Below the pieces are notes generated by a model, which searched no databases, was not told the origin of the DNA, and saw only the letters and a program-made list of their open reading frames with translations. Of a stretch of DNA of 59,968 nucleotides, positions 9,001-16,720 are shown one piece after another (positions within the stretch are counted from its first letter, which is position 1; every line of letters begins with the position of its first letter). Both the position numbers and the translations under genes were made by a program. Source of the stretch: a virus (lineage: Duplodnaviria > Caudoviricetes); IMG/VR virus record IMGVR_UViG_3300045738_001464, positions 1 to 59,968 of that record, one strand, 5' to 3'.

Positions 9001-10333
9001 GCCCACTTAAAAATTCTCCGAATCCCTTTATAAATCCTACTGCTATATCTTGCCCCAGACTCCTTCCCTTGGCGTCGCCCTTTTCAAAATATCCAAACAC
9101 CTTATCAAAAACTTTGATTATGTTTTCTATCGATGGGCCAAGAACAGCTTCACCAATGCCCTTACCTGCCATTGTCAACCTAGCCTTCATTTGGTTAATT
9201 TGGGCGTCAAGGGTCTTATTGAGTTCCTTATTCCTTAGTATAGCTTGGTTTGTGGCTTTATTTGATACATCTAGAGCAGAAGCATAAATCGAATAATCCT
9301 TTCCAAGATCACCCAATAAGGCTCTTAAAGTATTCATTTGAAATACTCCAGCAACTATTTCTGATGTATGCGCTTGCTGAGCCTTTGTTAGTTGTGGAAA
9401 TTTCTTTGCCAGATTTTCAAGGACAGTCATAGCTGGAAGCATAGACCCCTGTAGACCCCTTACTGCAACGCCAAGGGCTTCTAATTGGTCCAGAGTGTCT
9501 GTTCTTTGAATCCTTGTGAAAATACTCTTTAACCCGTTACCAATTACAGGTCCACCACGAGCGGTTGTTTGTTGCAATGAAGAAACAGCCGCGAGTAATT
9601 GATTGAAGTCAACCGAAACGTCTTGAGCGGTACTACCAACTCGCTTCATGGCTTCCGCAAGGTCTTGAGTACTGACAGCAAATGCGGCATCAACATTTGC
9701 CATTTTGTTAATGATTTGAGTTGAAGTAAGGGCAGATCTATTAAAAGTATTTATTGCGGCGGTTAATGCATTAACAGAAGCCTCCGCATCCATTCCAGAA
9801 AGCCTTGTCAATATAAGAGCATCGCTAGTTCTTCGTAGGGTTTCTTCTAGTGTGAGACCCTGACGAGCTAATTCTTTTGCTGCTATAGCTACCGTTTGGA
9901 ATGATTGTCCGGTTTTTCCAGCAATGTTAAATAACTCTCTAGAAAAACTTTGAAGTTGAGAGGAATTTGCGTTTAAAATAACATTGATATCTTGCAATTC
10001 CCTTTCTACATCTATCATTGTTTCGACAAGGAATCTAAATGCTCTCTGAAGTGCAAAAATAGCTCCGGCAGAAGCCCCGAATGCTAAAACACGGGCATTA
10101 GAAGCTTCAAGGGACTTTTGGAATTCGCCCAACGAACCCTTAATTTGTCCAAGGGGCCTTGTGAATTGTTTGGCATCGATACCCTTAACGCCCTTGTTAG
10201 CGGCTCTAGAATGCTCCCTACCATAGGCTTGGCCACTCTTTCGTCCAGCAGTAGCAGACTCTCGTAAGAGTCTTTTTTCGTCGAGGTCAAATCTAACCTC
10301 TGCCTCGATAACTCCAAATTTGTCTTTCGCCAT
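1..10333 (-). CDS. Giant tail tape measure protein (TP901/PhageMin_Tail-type N-terminal core) with internal multi-domain insert; 3' end runs off the window
   Basis: ATG at 10333 gives MAKDKFGVIEAEVRF...LEASNARVLAFGASAG...ELQDINVIL...LFNIAGKTGQSFQTVAIAAKELARQGL...ALILTRLSGMDAEASVNALTAAIN, typical of tape measure cores. The frame was open in every stretch translated by hand, including bases 2-210, and its absence from the ORF track implies no in-window stop. Gly/Ala-rich TM-like stretch at ~2480-2730. Lies directly downstream of tail tube and chaperone genes. Confidence 0.93.
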   Translation of the reverse strand, partial: MAKDKFGVIEAEVRFDLDEKRLLRESATAGRKSGQAYGREHSRAANKGVKGIDAKQFTRPLGQIKGSLGEFQKSLEASNARVLAFGASAGAIFALQRAFRFLVETMIDVERELQDINVILNANSSQLQSFSRELFNIAGKTGQSFQTVAIAAKELARQGLTLEETLRRTSDALILTRLSGMDAEASVNALTAAINTFNRSALTSTQIINKMANVDAAFAVSTQDLAEAMKRVGSTAQDVSVDFNQLLAAVSSLQQTTARGGPVIGNGLKSIFTRIQRTDTLDQLEALGVAVRGLQGSMLPAMTVLENLAKKFPQLTKAQQAHTSEIVAGVFQMNTLRALLGDLGKDYSIYASALDVSNKATNQAILRNKELNKTLDAQINQMKARLTMAGKGIGEAVLGPSIENIIKVFDKVFGYFEKGDAKGRSLGQDIAVGFIKGFGEFLSGPGLAAIAILGMKIVVTFSKYMGQAALEFMEIQSQSMKIAATQQVVAEVLGGQEVILGKLIAGTITRRDAERQILKLITDQSIKMKVIDAQAGGMARTIVAGGGGTNLKGETKIGGPVKKLARGHIPNLNKQNQSAEIMGAIAGGYMPGKIKTGQMPGMGRVTYNTAEQVKRVPGFAQPAIIPPKGSSAGKIYRREFKQQIGYSPDSLAGGHIPNFAGVSRARQPKSRYAPARGLIAPLEPKPWGAGDKMNPDTLAAVVREYSARTGHFFNIQFKDARGQFQERQGKRWAAKSLKGGKASHKERPGYLRFWDTGPAQDFREAAVDRIMGFSVGGHKFRKHSDGLMEMLYAGGHVPNFGMQQRWSGDPRSGRGLVPSPVGGLFGRTSSKAHYKPPLTKAFKTHTNTRASKEGYDAIGRILTSNKVQGVSFSSLNEIADILPVGTTVAHILESKAFQGLDKGMLQKIRSQGMDTSMLSNYESPRQVFSHIGRAAKSFGLTKDPSYAKFFEDIVFEKAPGIHNFGAVNYRSAGGGGPADVGIPLRSGATQLGDIKATSDRFTKANLVGKSMQLYPDYYIKMLETIGGSHPDVAVATNFLRKKHLPAMEKYAADTTPGWQSAYKTGRSFIENQPFMAGGHIPNFAGRGGFGPKTPYYKGAGDFQYSGFKQELMKKMYSVDGHAPGYFPIKGKDPTAPKWLMNQFGSGKEFIDFMMQKSKKAMWKKISKGEHHGMFNIPRDMQLNIGGTPQAMAMGGRMWKPANKEVYETFKFDTGVNIQQGKQWSVGEGEVYQPKKKEIWNVDRQEWGNYVAKPSGMKAIGSDLRAQSELADPFWKTAPKWLLEQITNSKRGIKDYHNIAAINAVGGIRGKDKGFAQEMIGDRRLTSVTPQELFRHHRLAERATNSFNRLSPDQQDKMYQRLAAKDTASYGRMITGQSESVATRVLPPGVVTTPGTSYTIGPRGHETSPSGHVQPGIEYAMKHATDMRRHRKFADKIGLSGLEKSLDARRVYLGEGKGLEYIYKDMLSEMKMMKHLGPSYAGGHIPNLMKWGPGKMLQPGNQMMPPKAGVGGASGQKWLTRQEMERLQMMQGLGIDKAAPWKAGGVPQGESSLYLLKETLGLKPQMQGPAFGRKRRSGGHIPSFGYQEPQRIKDLESSRLRARKAGGDWLKGQWGESPLVKGAKNVSLSLWEKIQQIISNRKPMGPGKVLPGGFTMPPAAGVGGAPGQKWTQQRYRVRSGGHIPNFSRFSQNFITGKYGRFRIDKEIGGVKGLNKEEFKALSRMVDGPAMKAASEQILDPKYAHLIGGLRDKITFNYRESSPRKFGDAAGLMGAFSPTRGTMDIRRHPHNDIFRGKGDKEFPIKGQKGGLPQIRFGTDPSKGLKRKFPDQAQWDALKGKNKKPGVMFNLRDELERVVLHEAGHAEAALKYMLRRGFGPSKFGWQGGSKKGLTTIMGDKMSNSGMATGDISSYLSGATNIPKEMREFLTFFQSNNPIAKHIVRRSAKSSSYRGGAQGESVLSSFKHPFSGQQVQELYADARSYSTMFKMPGSSWGKAFHPDSIKEFQAGTKGMLNMAGGHVPNFADPMAAAFAREKKASGLPPSQIYATSVHTPNYSGPVVGNRRDEPTKMALRSAVMNHPNPAMAGAAAGHVPNFIGDILMGGAVAGAAGAAGYKIYGMMDSQLKELQATFEKDQKATAKAVIATEKATQAEAKVFEQEQKDIKQEKKLPAIKQKLLNIAEGSPSPATIESLRKQLGDLGVFEGKGDQKQNQQAQQLQQILKNIETTQEDVRKKEAANVARTTELGGRQAAIDQVTQAKNEHDTSIKRVELTQKVLDRERETDRKLRKVHKDTIREKEKAVSEVKKATKEEKKFRDRSVAQRRLTIVAINQAGAKEAEKAGKRFRPVTLGEHKAKLDRETQQAKANVEKTAEKQRKAENKIAKNDERLKRTTPTAKAALALQKKEAAELKLRNARDRERRRAAGEYKKGAGAGQTTEELRASREAETKRIEDLKKGDRESVKSRARAAASQVEVVNKQARVNLGTVEAKKQEAAAAKETAKEREAVSRQNEKNAKEKRNELKKQSWASRNNQALGSIGMAMSFVAPMVGGAAAEAFGGRGVGKDSRRKRAMLQGGGTALGMAGTGAWIGSMIGAPAGGAGAIPGAAIGAGIGLAIGSIMALFSTMEAGKSILDDVRRKYEAEIKIKQEAAAATSKYTKAQNSYNQALAAGAGPKALEALRRAMVDQLVRLGDPKLMQRLIDAKGDPKKLAEIQADLSQEAANQVMITGKGGVIERMHEAGELEQTPSEEVFRKMAADIVLSGKLKGPATKASLREMGIDSKDDDLESFVDLMDGAAFDTLIRFVEKARKLKDAADAETKSANSAATALVNLKEKTVQLIAARQAELQLADLFYKATVTMEEIVGKMEQNISSYEELDKNLQRKIKLGNASLFNENFQAYSKGGMDIYGMGAKGVTMGLGTETEQQLQTLGLQMMKGNIDTKMYEDLLGPGSKLDKNTQISLQARMATLSLELAKNTVKQHISNELVKTQTVVQKSNLDFQHRRKLETMALSPSKDMFSAIQGLFSPLGAGAPGREGAFTERAQSMKTLESMGFDFSRGDLQGFKKKLQADRFREASSMNLDYLVGKDKAEMLKGKSLDDAADWLRGGVITPPVPPVPADPREDFPGRPGIPGTPAVYGGARTKHGDLIFQMLRTLKSGEIDKQRKDITGEIEKEQGQLRRNLVEILGGNVQQMSNLITSQADLIKSNGDLEVALKTMPESFASAWANMMYNQQQAASARTVNAFRNQSGTIPASVTRTPFQAAINPLSRSSSIQNKPSFKSLWENTGVMRGHSLREEGYGFQLTDSGHTPGRDAYIGASAPMLYGPSDKFQAAWDAARTEPSTRYPGGESLGAMPEKLSKERPGLMTDWDPRKEFMTDWRKFMTSSAYLNADTKDKMQDALETEWGDLWEDYNMTQAEMYALIKSIMIIESKKSKYSGSFPTTNM
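4052..8641 (-). repeat. Dispersed protein-level repeat (A/S)GGH(I/V)PNF within the tape measure gene (9 clear copies + 1 degenerate)
   Basis: In-frame copies: 8618-8641 ARGHIPNL, 8555-8578 AGGYMPGK (degenerate), 8357-8380 AGGHIPNF, 7934-7957 AGGHVPNF, 7085-7108 AGGHIPNF, 5873-5896 AGGHIPNL, 5585-5608 SGGHIPSF, 5279-5302 SGGHIPNF, 4268-4291 AGGHVPNF, 4052-4075 AAGHVPNF. Synonymous codons differ between copies. Confidence 0.93.
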
Positions 10334-10359
10334 AGTTTGACCTTGTGCCTTTTATACTA

Positions 10360-10365
10360 TTACAC
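10360..10365 (-). promoter_or_regulatory. GTGTAA putative late-promoter motif upstream of tape measure gene
   Basis: Intergenic, 26 nt before the ATG; recurrent motif. Confidence 0.65.
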
Positions 10366-10371
10366 GTAATT

Positions 10372-11385
10372 TTACTCTGCTCCGTGCAATTTCATAAGCT
10401 CTTCCATATTCAATTGACCTCCTTTCTTTGCGGCTGCTTTTGCCAAACTAATAGTGCCCTCATCATCATTTGAGGCTCCAAGCCGCTGCAATTCCTCTTT
10501 GGATGCTCCGACTAATGAAGATCCACCCGCTTTGTCCGAAGTGTGTCTTTCCATCGCTTCTTGTGCATTTTGAGAAGATTCATACCATTCTATTATCTTA
10601 TCTGGATCACCCATTATGTCTTCTGGAGCTTTATTTTTCGAACGAGTCATTAATGATTTAAAATATTTCCCAAGCCCAAATAATTCGGCCTGAAAAAAGG
10701 TTAATTCACAAATGGGTTTGCCATAAAAAGCATAGGCGTCATCTTCCGAAAGATAAAAGTGGTTAAGGAAAAAACCATTCAAAGCTATTCTTTTCATGTT
10801 TTTACTATAAAAGCCGTCTATCTTTTTGTTATAGAGTGTTATTAAATCTATTAATTGGTGATTTGATAATTCATCGAATTCTTCTTTTTCGAAAAGGCTT
10901 TCTTTAAACTCTTTGTCTTTGAAAATTGAATTAAAAATATAAAATTCGTTTATTTTTTTAGCCGCAAAGGATTCACAAGTCATACCAACAAGCTCTTCTT
11001 TTTTTTGATTGAGTTTAGATATTTCTTCTTCAGAGTCTTTTATTTGAGTAACTATTTGATTGATTTCTCTTTTTAAGAAAAGCTTGGATTTTGAATGTCT
11101 CAAATTTACGATGTAACCGCTTAGTTCTATTATCCTTGAATCTTCTTGATCCGTCCATAGTTCATCTTTTTTTAACTCTTTTAATTTTTCTTTTTCTGTT
11201 TCGAGTCCATTATCTTTGGCTTTTTTCATGCATTCGCTTTTAAATTCATCTATGTCTGATGCATCAAAATGAGTTAAATGCTTTATATAAAAGTGCCCAA
11301 ATTGTTTACTAGTGGAGACAGAACACCCCTTAAGAATATCAACAAAAACAAGTCTTAATTGACTATTTGAAACTTTTTCTTCCAT
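10372..11385 (-). CDS. Probable tail assembly chaperone-like protein
   Basis: Helical, charged protein immediately upstream of the tape measure gene. Start re-placed at 11385 (MEEKVS) because the track's extension runs through a hairpin. Confidence 0.55.
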   Translation of the reverse strand: MEEKVSNSQLRLVFVDILKGCSVSTSKQFGHFYIKHLTHFDASDIDEFKSECMKKAKDNGLETEKEKLKELKKDELWTDQEDSRIIELSGYIVNLRHSKSKLFLKREINQIVTQIKDSEEEISKLNQKKEELVGMTCESFAAKKINEFYIFNSIFKDKEFKESLFEKEEFDELSNHQLIDLITLYNKKIDGFYSKNMKRIALNGFFLNHFYLSEDDAYAFYGKPICELTFFQAELFGLGKYFKSLMTRSKNKAPEDIMGDPDKIIEWYESSQNAQEAMERHTSDKAGGSSLVGASKEELQRLGASNDDEGTISLAKAAAKKGGQLNMEELMKLHGAE

Positions 11386-11410
11386 AAAAAAGCCCCCAAT
11401 AATAGGGGGC
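11386..11410 (-). terminator. Rho-independent terminator-like hairpin abutting the next start codon
   Basis: GCCCCC-7nt-GGGGGC followed by T6 on the minus strand, directly before ATG 11385. Confidence 0.6.
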
Positions 11411-11432
11411 AAACTCACGGCTAAATGAGTAG

Positions 11433-12470
11433 TTATTTAGATTCTTGTTTGGGCTCGCCCTCAGCCTCTGGTTCTGGCTCCGGCTCTGGCTCTGGCTCTG
11501 GTTCCGCCTCTGGTTCCGGCTCTGGCTCCGGCTCTGGCTCTGGTTCCGCCTCTGGTTCCGGCTCTGGCTCCGGCTCTGGCTCTGGTTCCGCCTCTGGTTC
11601 CGATTCTGGCTCTGGTTCCGGCTCAGTTTCTGGCTCTGACTCTGGCTTAGTTTCTGGCTCTTTTTTGGATTCAGGTTCTTCCTTATCTTTATCCTCAGGC
11701 TCCGATTCTGATAAATTATTTAGATCTTCTACAATATTTTGTTCCGCTAGAGCTTCTTCGAGTTCTTTTTCGGTATTCGCCTTTGACACAAACCAAAAAC
11801 TAATAATATAGGTAAGCTTTTTAATTACGTTTTCTATAAATTCGTTTTCCTCTTCAATAAAAGCGTCATAAGTATCTAATTGCTCTTCGAAAGAACCACC
11901 CCCAAAATAAGCTATTTCTTTGCCATCGTTATCGACAGCATAAGACAAGAATAATATCCACCACAAAATAGTTTTGTTTCTTGCTCTTACTTCAGCGGTC
12001 TGTTCGTATAAACTTTGTTGACCCATTTCGAAATCAGTAAGAGCACTTCTTGTAGTAAGAAGAAAGGCTTCGAGTTCTTTGAATTTATTTGATTCTTCTT
12101 CTGTTCTATTTTTTTCTGTTTTTTCTGCGATTTCAACATAGTCTTTTTGATTTTCGTAAAAATCTAAATATAAGGAACCAAATCTTTCAATATCGGGTTT
12201 ACTTAATGTACCGCCGTCATTGTCATACCTTTTCGCGAGCAATGCCCTTGTTAGCAATCCAGCTTTTATTCCTTCCGATAATTTTACAGCATAATAAAGC
12301 TCTGCTTCGTCATATAATGATCGGGTGGGTTTACGTATAAAAAACTCATAGGGAACTTTTTTTTCCTCTTCTTTTTCGACAGTAATCTTTTCACCCTTTT
12401 CATTTTCGGTGGTTTCTCTTGTGATTACCGTTTCTTTCTTGTTTTCTTTGAAGGTGTACAATCTTTTCAT
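11433..12470 (-). CDS. Probable tail assembly chaperone-like protein with C-terminal Pro-Glu repeat tail
   Basis: Located between tail tube and tape measure genes; acidic helical body; about 60 aa of (EP)n at the C-terminus. Confidence 0.6.
   Translation of the reverse strand: MKRLYTFKENKKETVITRETTENEKGEKITVEKEEEKKVPYEFFIRKPTRSLYDEAELYYAVKLSEGIKAGLLTRALLAKRYDNDGGTLSKPDIERFGSLYLDFYENQKDYVEIAEKTEKNRTEEESNKFKELEAFLLTTRSALTDFEMGQQSLYEQTAEVRARNKTILWWILFLSYAVDNDGKEIAYFGGGSFEEQLDTYDAFIEEENEFIENVIKKLTYIISFWFVSKANTEKELEEALAEQNIVEDLNNLSESEPEDKDKEEPESKKEPETKPESEPETEPEPEPESEPEAEPEPEPEPEPEPEAEPEPEPEPEPEPEAEPEPEPEPEPEPEAEGEPKQESK
11464..11640 (-). repeat. Coding tandem repeat (Pro-Glu; 42-bp higher-order unit)
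   Basis: gcctctggttccggctctggctccggctctggctctggttcc is exact at 11506 and 11548, with a near copy at 11464. Confidence 0.9.
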
Positions 12471-12700
12471 TACTTTAACCTTATGTCAAATTGATCTAAA
12501 TTTTCCTCGATTTCTCGAATGGTATCATTTCCATAATCTAATACTCTTTTTCTAGCTCTTTGGAAAACCTCTTCCGGTATATCATGACCAGAATCTTGCA
12601 TATCTTCCAAGATGAAAAGAAAGTTTTTATAAAGGTTGGTAACTTTTCTGCGAACCTGAAAAGCAATGAAGTCTCGTTCTTTGTTACCTTTTTCCTCCAC
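12470..12700 (-). CDS. Small hypothetical protein of the tail module (76 aa)
   Basis: GTG start at 12700 preceded by purine-rich AAGGAAGAAGG and a GTGTAA motif; the track's longer start crosses a terminator. Confidence 0.7.
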   Translation of the reverse strand: MEEKGNKERDFIAFQVRRKVTNLYKNFLFILEDMQDSGHDIPEEVFQRARKRVLDYGNDTIREIEENLDQFDIRLK

Positions 12701-12725
12701 CTTAAAACCTTCTTCCTTATATTTA

Positions 12726-12731
12726 TTACAC
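12726..12731 (-). promoter_or_regulatory. GTGTAA putative late-promoter motif
   Basis: 25 nt upstream of GTG 12700, just after the tail tube terminator. Confidence 0.6.
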
Positions 12732-12749
12732 CCTTTTAGCCTAAAAAGC

Positions 12750-12784
12750 AAAAAAATAACCCCCCTTGTTTTAAGGGGGGTTTG
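12750..12784 (-). terminator. Rho-independent terminator after tail tube gene
   Basis: AACCCCCCTT-loop-AAGGGGGGTT hairpin followed by a T-tract on the minus strand. Confidence 0.85.
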
Positions 12785-12800
12785 TTGAATAATTTCAATA

Positions 12801-14156
12801 TTACGATTGGGCGCTGGTATCCTGTTGGACATCAGCGATGAAGTCAAGCGAAATACCACTCATAAACAGACCTTGATTAGTCTGGTTGGGTCCACCAACT
12901 TGAGTAGAGAAATCAAGGGTTACGCTTTTGTTCGAACCGATATCGGAACTGAACGATTGTGCGTCAACCTTAACATTCTTCATCGCGTATTGAGCGAAGA
13001 TTTGCTTGGCTGTTCCATCATCTAGACTTCCCGGACAGCTTGTGGGCCTTAACAGGTTGATTGTAATATCATAGCTGTCATCACAATTAACGATGTCAGA
13101 CAAGCTTCCTGTCGTAAGGTCAGCCACTAGGGCATCAATTGAACAGGATACTGTCATTGGGAATGTAATCTCGCGAGTAAACGCAAATCTACTTCCTAAT
13201 CTTTGGATGGGCTCTCTACCCAAATCCAATGAAATATTGTAGCTTTGAATCTTGGCGTGATTCTTGCTTGTCATGTCACCGATTGTAGCACCGGGAGCAT
13301 CATAAGAATTTAATCCACCGACAACAGCAGTATCAAGATCAATACCTTCTGCATCAACCTTTTGGAATTCAAAGGTAATATCTCCGGGGCGAAGAGCGCT
13401 TGTAGCAAGAAATCCAGTCTCAGCACTTCCTGTCGTTACCGGAACACAATATTTGAAGTGATCTAATCTCGTTCCGCTTTCGGGTACGACTGCGGGACTA
13501 GCACCAGAAATACTATTGTTGAAGGTCATGTTCATTCCTTCGACACTTACGGAACACGTTGGGAAATTACCCACTGAACATTCCGTTGAATAAGAGGTCA
13601 TGAAGCCATTACCAATACCAATTGTAGAAATAGTATCCGTTTCAACTCCCCCGCCTTGTCCAGCAGCAGTAGACAAATCACCAACGGCATCTTCACCCTC
13701 GGCAACCGTCTTGATAAAGTAGTTTCTTTCGTCTTCTACCTTGTTGAGAATACCGGAAATACAGGAAACTCCTTTATTAACCGTAAACCCAAGTCTTGCC
13801 TCATTATCCATAGTGGCAAGAATGTAGGAAAAGTCTAGAGCAACGGTTGGAGTATCCATAATTACTCTATCAATCGCTGCTAACTCACCGAATTGGTTAA
13901 TGTCGGTACGAGCGATATTAAACGAGTAGTTGCAAGTTTGAATTCTATGAAGCTGTATAATGTCATTGCTGAGCAATTCCCGTGCGCTTCCGATACTGTC
14001 AGAACCTGATAGCGGCTGGCTTTCCCCGTTGGGTCCACCTTCTGCGTCCACGCTATCCCAGCCCAACATGTTTTTGTTGCTGAAAAATCCGCTTACTGCC
14101 GGGGAGGGTCCTACGTAAACAGCTTCCGATTGATAAATAACTCTATTTCTAGCCAT
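12801..14156 (-). CDS. Major tail (tube) protein
   Basis: Beta-rich 451 aa protein (RIQTCNYSFNIARTDINQFG, IQSYNISLDLGREPIQRLG) between neck and chaperone/tape measure genes, flanked by its own promoter motif and a strong terminator. Confidence 0.75.
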   Translation of the reverse strand: MARNRVIYQSEAVYVGPSPAVSGFFSNKNMLGWDSVDAEGGPNGESQPLSGSDSIGSARELLSNDIIQLHRIQTCNYSFNIARTDINQFGELAAIDRVIMDTPTVALDFSYILATMDNEARLGFTVNKGVSCISGILNKVEDERNYFIKTVAEGEDAVGDLSTAAGQGGGVETDTISTIGIGNGFMTSYSTECSVGNFPTCSVSVEGMNMTFNNSISGASPAVVPESGTRLDHFKYCVPVTTGSAETGFLATSALRPGDITFEFQKVDAEGIDLDTAVVGGLNSYDAPGATIGDMTSKNHAKIQSYNISLDLGREPIQRLGSRFAFTREITFPMTVSCSIDALVADLTTGSLSDIVNCDDSYDITINLLRPTSCPGSLDDGTAKQIFAQYAMKNVKVDAQSFSSDIGSNKSVTLDFSTQVGGPNQTNQGLFMSGISLDFIADVQQDTSAQS

Positions 14157-14177
14157 AAGTTTTGTCCTTTCTAATAA

Positions 14178-14208
14178 TTACATTTATTATCTTAAAAAGA
14201 GAAATGCA
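14178..14208 (-). promoter_or_regulatory. Bipartite promoter-like element TGCATTTC-N15-AAATGTAA upstream of tail tube gene
   Basis: Same two boxes and spacing recur at 34129-34159. Confidence 0.65.
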
Positions 14209-14224
14209 TTTTGTTTAAATTCTA

Positions 14225-15151
14225 TTATATATCCGTGCCGTCAGTGGCTTTTCTTGGCCATCTTGGCTTAGATAACTCAAAATCTATTACACCATTAAAT
14301 ACATCTGGGTTCATATTATCTATTTTTAAATTAACGTCTCTACTAAATTTTGCTACGTTCACTTGGTCTATGAATACATATTGATCACTAGAACTTTTAC
14401 CTTTAATTGTCCCCGTATATGAATAAGCTTCATTATTTTTATAGGCCCCCAAAGCATTAAAAGGCATGTCTCCAGTATCCAGCAAAGTAATATGGGTATT
14501 TGACAAGTCTCTAAAGATAGAGCAAGCACCATCTAAATTGAATTGAGAATCAGCCAAAACTATTGCTCTTATATTTATTTTTGTATTGTCCATTCCGCCA
14601 AACGCAAGTGGTTCGTTCCTAGCTCCATTATACCTAAGAAAAATAGCAGGATAGGTTATTGAATCAGGAGCCAAACCAGACGGAGTTTGGCTGGTTTTTG
14701 GAGTCATGTTAAATTTTGTCTCAAAAAGCAACTTTTCTTCGGGTTCATTCGTCAAATAAACATTAAAATCCTTTACCGCATAGTCACCACTTATCGAAGT
14801 TGTTGGATCTTGAACTTCGTATGTCATGTAAATATGGCCCTTGTCGTAATTGATACCGGACAGTCCATTTGTACCAACTGGAGTAAATACTCCGCTTAGA
14901 TAAACCCCAGTGGGAATTTGTACGTGTTTTGACGAAGCTCTATTGGGATATGAACTACCTGTTCCAGTAATCGAAAAATCTGCGACAAACTGATGATAGG
15001 GAGCACCATAAGTATAATATCCATTATATAAACTTGAGACGGGATAAAACTCACTCCCATAATTTGTAAAGGCTTCACCACGTCTTGATAAGTTATGGTC
15101 AAACCACAAAAGTAAACTGGACATTAATCTATTGTCAAATTGTGGTATCAT
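14225..15151 (-). CDS. Putative tail completion/terminator (neck) protein
   Basis: Immediately upstream of the tail tube gene; YPAIFL-type motif; assignment mainly by synteny. Confidence 0.5.
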   Translation of the reverse strand: MIPQFDNRLMSSLLLWFDHNLSRRGEAFTNYGSEFYPVSSLYNGYYTYGAPYHQFVADFSITGTGSSYPNRASSKHVQIPTGVYLSGVFTPVGTNGLSGINYDKGHIYMTYEVQDPTTSISGDYAVKDFNVYLTNEPEEKLLFETKFNMTPKTSQTPSGLAPDSITYPAIFLRYNGARNEPLAFGGMDNTKINIRAIVLADSQFNLDGACSIFRDLSNTHITLLDTGDMPFNALGAYKNNEAYSYTGTIKGKSSSDQYVFIDQVNVAKFSRDVNLKIDNMNPDVFNGVIDFELSKPRWPRKATDGTDI

Positions 15152-15759
15152 TTTAATTTTTTTTCAAAGTTTCTTATTAAAGCGCTTATATAACGAGTCG
15201 GTGTATAGCCTCCGCCTCTGATTTTAACCCTAGATTGAATTCCCGTCCCTGACCTACTGTTTCCATGAATATAGTCAGGGTCATCATGCATGTATTGACC
15301 AAGACCAGACAATCCAGACTCGATTCCCTGAAGCCAACTTTTCCCAAGCCATCCCAATCTCGTTGCGGCAAAAAGTTTAGATTTTGTCATTCCTACTACT
15401 CTAAATTTATATTCAACACTACCACGCTTTTGTATTACTGTAGGCTTCATCAATTCAGACACGCTAAGAAGTTGCCTTACTAATTCGATAGGGTCTTCTT
15501 CTTCGTGAAATCCAATAAATGAAAATAAATTTCCATAACCGCCTAGAAGACCAGTTGAATTGAATGCATCTGGCCCCCCTTCTATTTCTAGCGTAACTGG
15601 ATGACTATCAAATTCTTTTATCAACTCTCTTTTCGCTCTCCTGAGACGATTTTCTGCGTTTGCCGTGACCGTAGAAAGTAATTTCCGATTTTTCGTAGCA
15701 TTTTTTGCGATCTTCTTTTTGATCTTCACCCAATTATATCTTACTTTTATTTTAGCCAT
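15148..15759 (-). CDS. Putative neck protein (HK97 gp10-like position)
   Basis: Basic N-terminus, C-terminal GYTPTRYISAL; start re-placed at MAKIKVR (15759); synteny. Confidence 0.45.
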   Translation of the reverse strand: MAKIKVRYNWVKIKKKIAKNATKNRKLLSTVTANAENRLRRAKRELIKEFDSHPVTLEIEGGPDAFNSTGLLGGYGNLFSFIGFHEEEDPIELVRQLLSVSELMKPTVIQKRGSVEYKFRVVGMTKSKLFAATRLGWLGKSWLQGIESGLSGLGQYMHDDPDYIHGNSRSGTGIQSRVKIRGGGYTPTRYISALIRNFEKKLK

Positions 15760-15760
15760 T

Positions 15761-16204
15761 TTATGTGGTGAATTGAAGATGAAAGACGTAGAGCTTAACC
15801 CCAAAGAAATATTTAACAGATTCTTCCGTCATTAGTTGGAAGTTTTTTCCGTCTACTACGATTTTTTCAGTTTTTCCATTTTTTATATAATCCGCTGCTG
15901 CTTGATCTACTTTTATTCTAATGTCCCCAGCGAAATATCTAATTTCAGATACGCCCCCAAGATCATCAGATTCTTGATAATCCTTATATAAAACCATTCC
16001 CTCAAAATCCTGCGAAACTGTTTCATATGTATAGTTAGCTTGATTTGCCGCTTCTCCATATCCATACAAAAAATCAGTATTGATTTGTGCGATAATTCTT
16101 TTTGGAGCTTTGTGGACAGTAAACGTCCTCTTAAAGGTATCAAAGAGGTTCATGAAGTCTCCCGTAAACACAGAGATTTCATCAGTTGAAACTAAGCTTG
16201 CCAT
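15761..16204 (-). CDS. Putative head-closure/head-tail connector protein
   Basis: 147 aa beta-rich protein (KIVVDGKNFQL) in the neck cluster. Confidence 0.5.
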   Translation of the reverse strand: MASLVSTDEISVFTGDFMNLFDTFKRTFTVHKAPKRIIAQINTDFLYGYGEAANQANYTYETVSQDFEGMVLYKDYQESDDLGGVSEIRYFAGDIRIKVDQAAADYIKNGKTEKIVVDGKNFQLMTEESVKYFFGVKLYVFHLQFTT

Positions 16205-16206
16205 TT

Positions 16207-16695
16207 TTAAGTTCTATTCAATTGTCTATCTGGTGTGTAAGCAGCAGCCACCGTATCATCTCCGGCCACTTGCAAGGGTTGAGTATCTTTTGTTATATAT
16301 GCGGTAATCAAACTCTTTAACTCTTCAAAGTGCTGTTTTCTAATTGCTACATAAGTTTTGGCTTGTTCATTTTTATTAATCTTCTTAATAGATGACCCAT
16401 CAGAACTGAGGGCAACAACTGCGTCGGTTGTAGCGGCATCAATAGTATCTCTTAGTTTTCCATCGAAATAGTAAACTTGATACATTTTTTTCAATATGGA
16501 AACGGCTTCCGGATCGATCTCCGTACCCGCTTCTTCGATTTCGAAGCTCGTTGAATGTATATCAAAACTTGTATTTATATAATTATTCATTGCCCCAATG
16601 TTTGTCCTAACCCAAAAAGCAATCGCTGGTATCGATACCGTTGTGGGCGATCCTAGTTCTCTGTGGATTTCGTCTGCTATATCAACAATTTTCAT
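16207..16695 (-). CDS. Putative head-tail adaptor protein
   Basis: Helical 162 aa protein; start MKIVDIAD at 16695 follows a GTGTAA motif; first gene of the neck cluster. Confidence 0.5.
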   Translation of the reverse strand: MKIVDIADEIHRELGSPTTVSIPAIAFWVRTNIGAMNNYINTSFDIHSTSFEIEEAGTEIDPEAVSILKKMYQVYYFDGKLRDTIDAATTDAVVALSSDGSSIKKINKNEQAKTYVAIRKQHFEELKSLITAYITKDTQPLQVAGDDTVAAAYTPDRQLNRT

Positions 16696-16703
16696 AATAA
16701 TAT

Positions 16704-16709
16704 TTACAC
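16704..16709 (-). promoter_or_regulatory. GTGTAA putative late-promoter motif
   Basis: 8 nt upstream of ATG 16695. Confidence 0.6.
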
Positions 16710-16720
16710 AATAATTTAAA

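Noticed and set aside
89-10317. About 30 short ORFs in the track, mostly on the + strand
   Set aside because: Antisense or off-frame shadows of the single giant tape measure reading frame.
11425-11811. Ser-Gly repeat ORF and Trp/Leu/Arg repeat ORF on the + strand
   Set aside because: Antisense translations of the Pro-Glu repeat; no independent expression signals.
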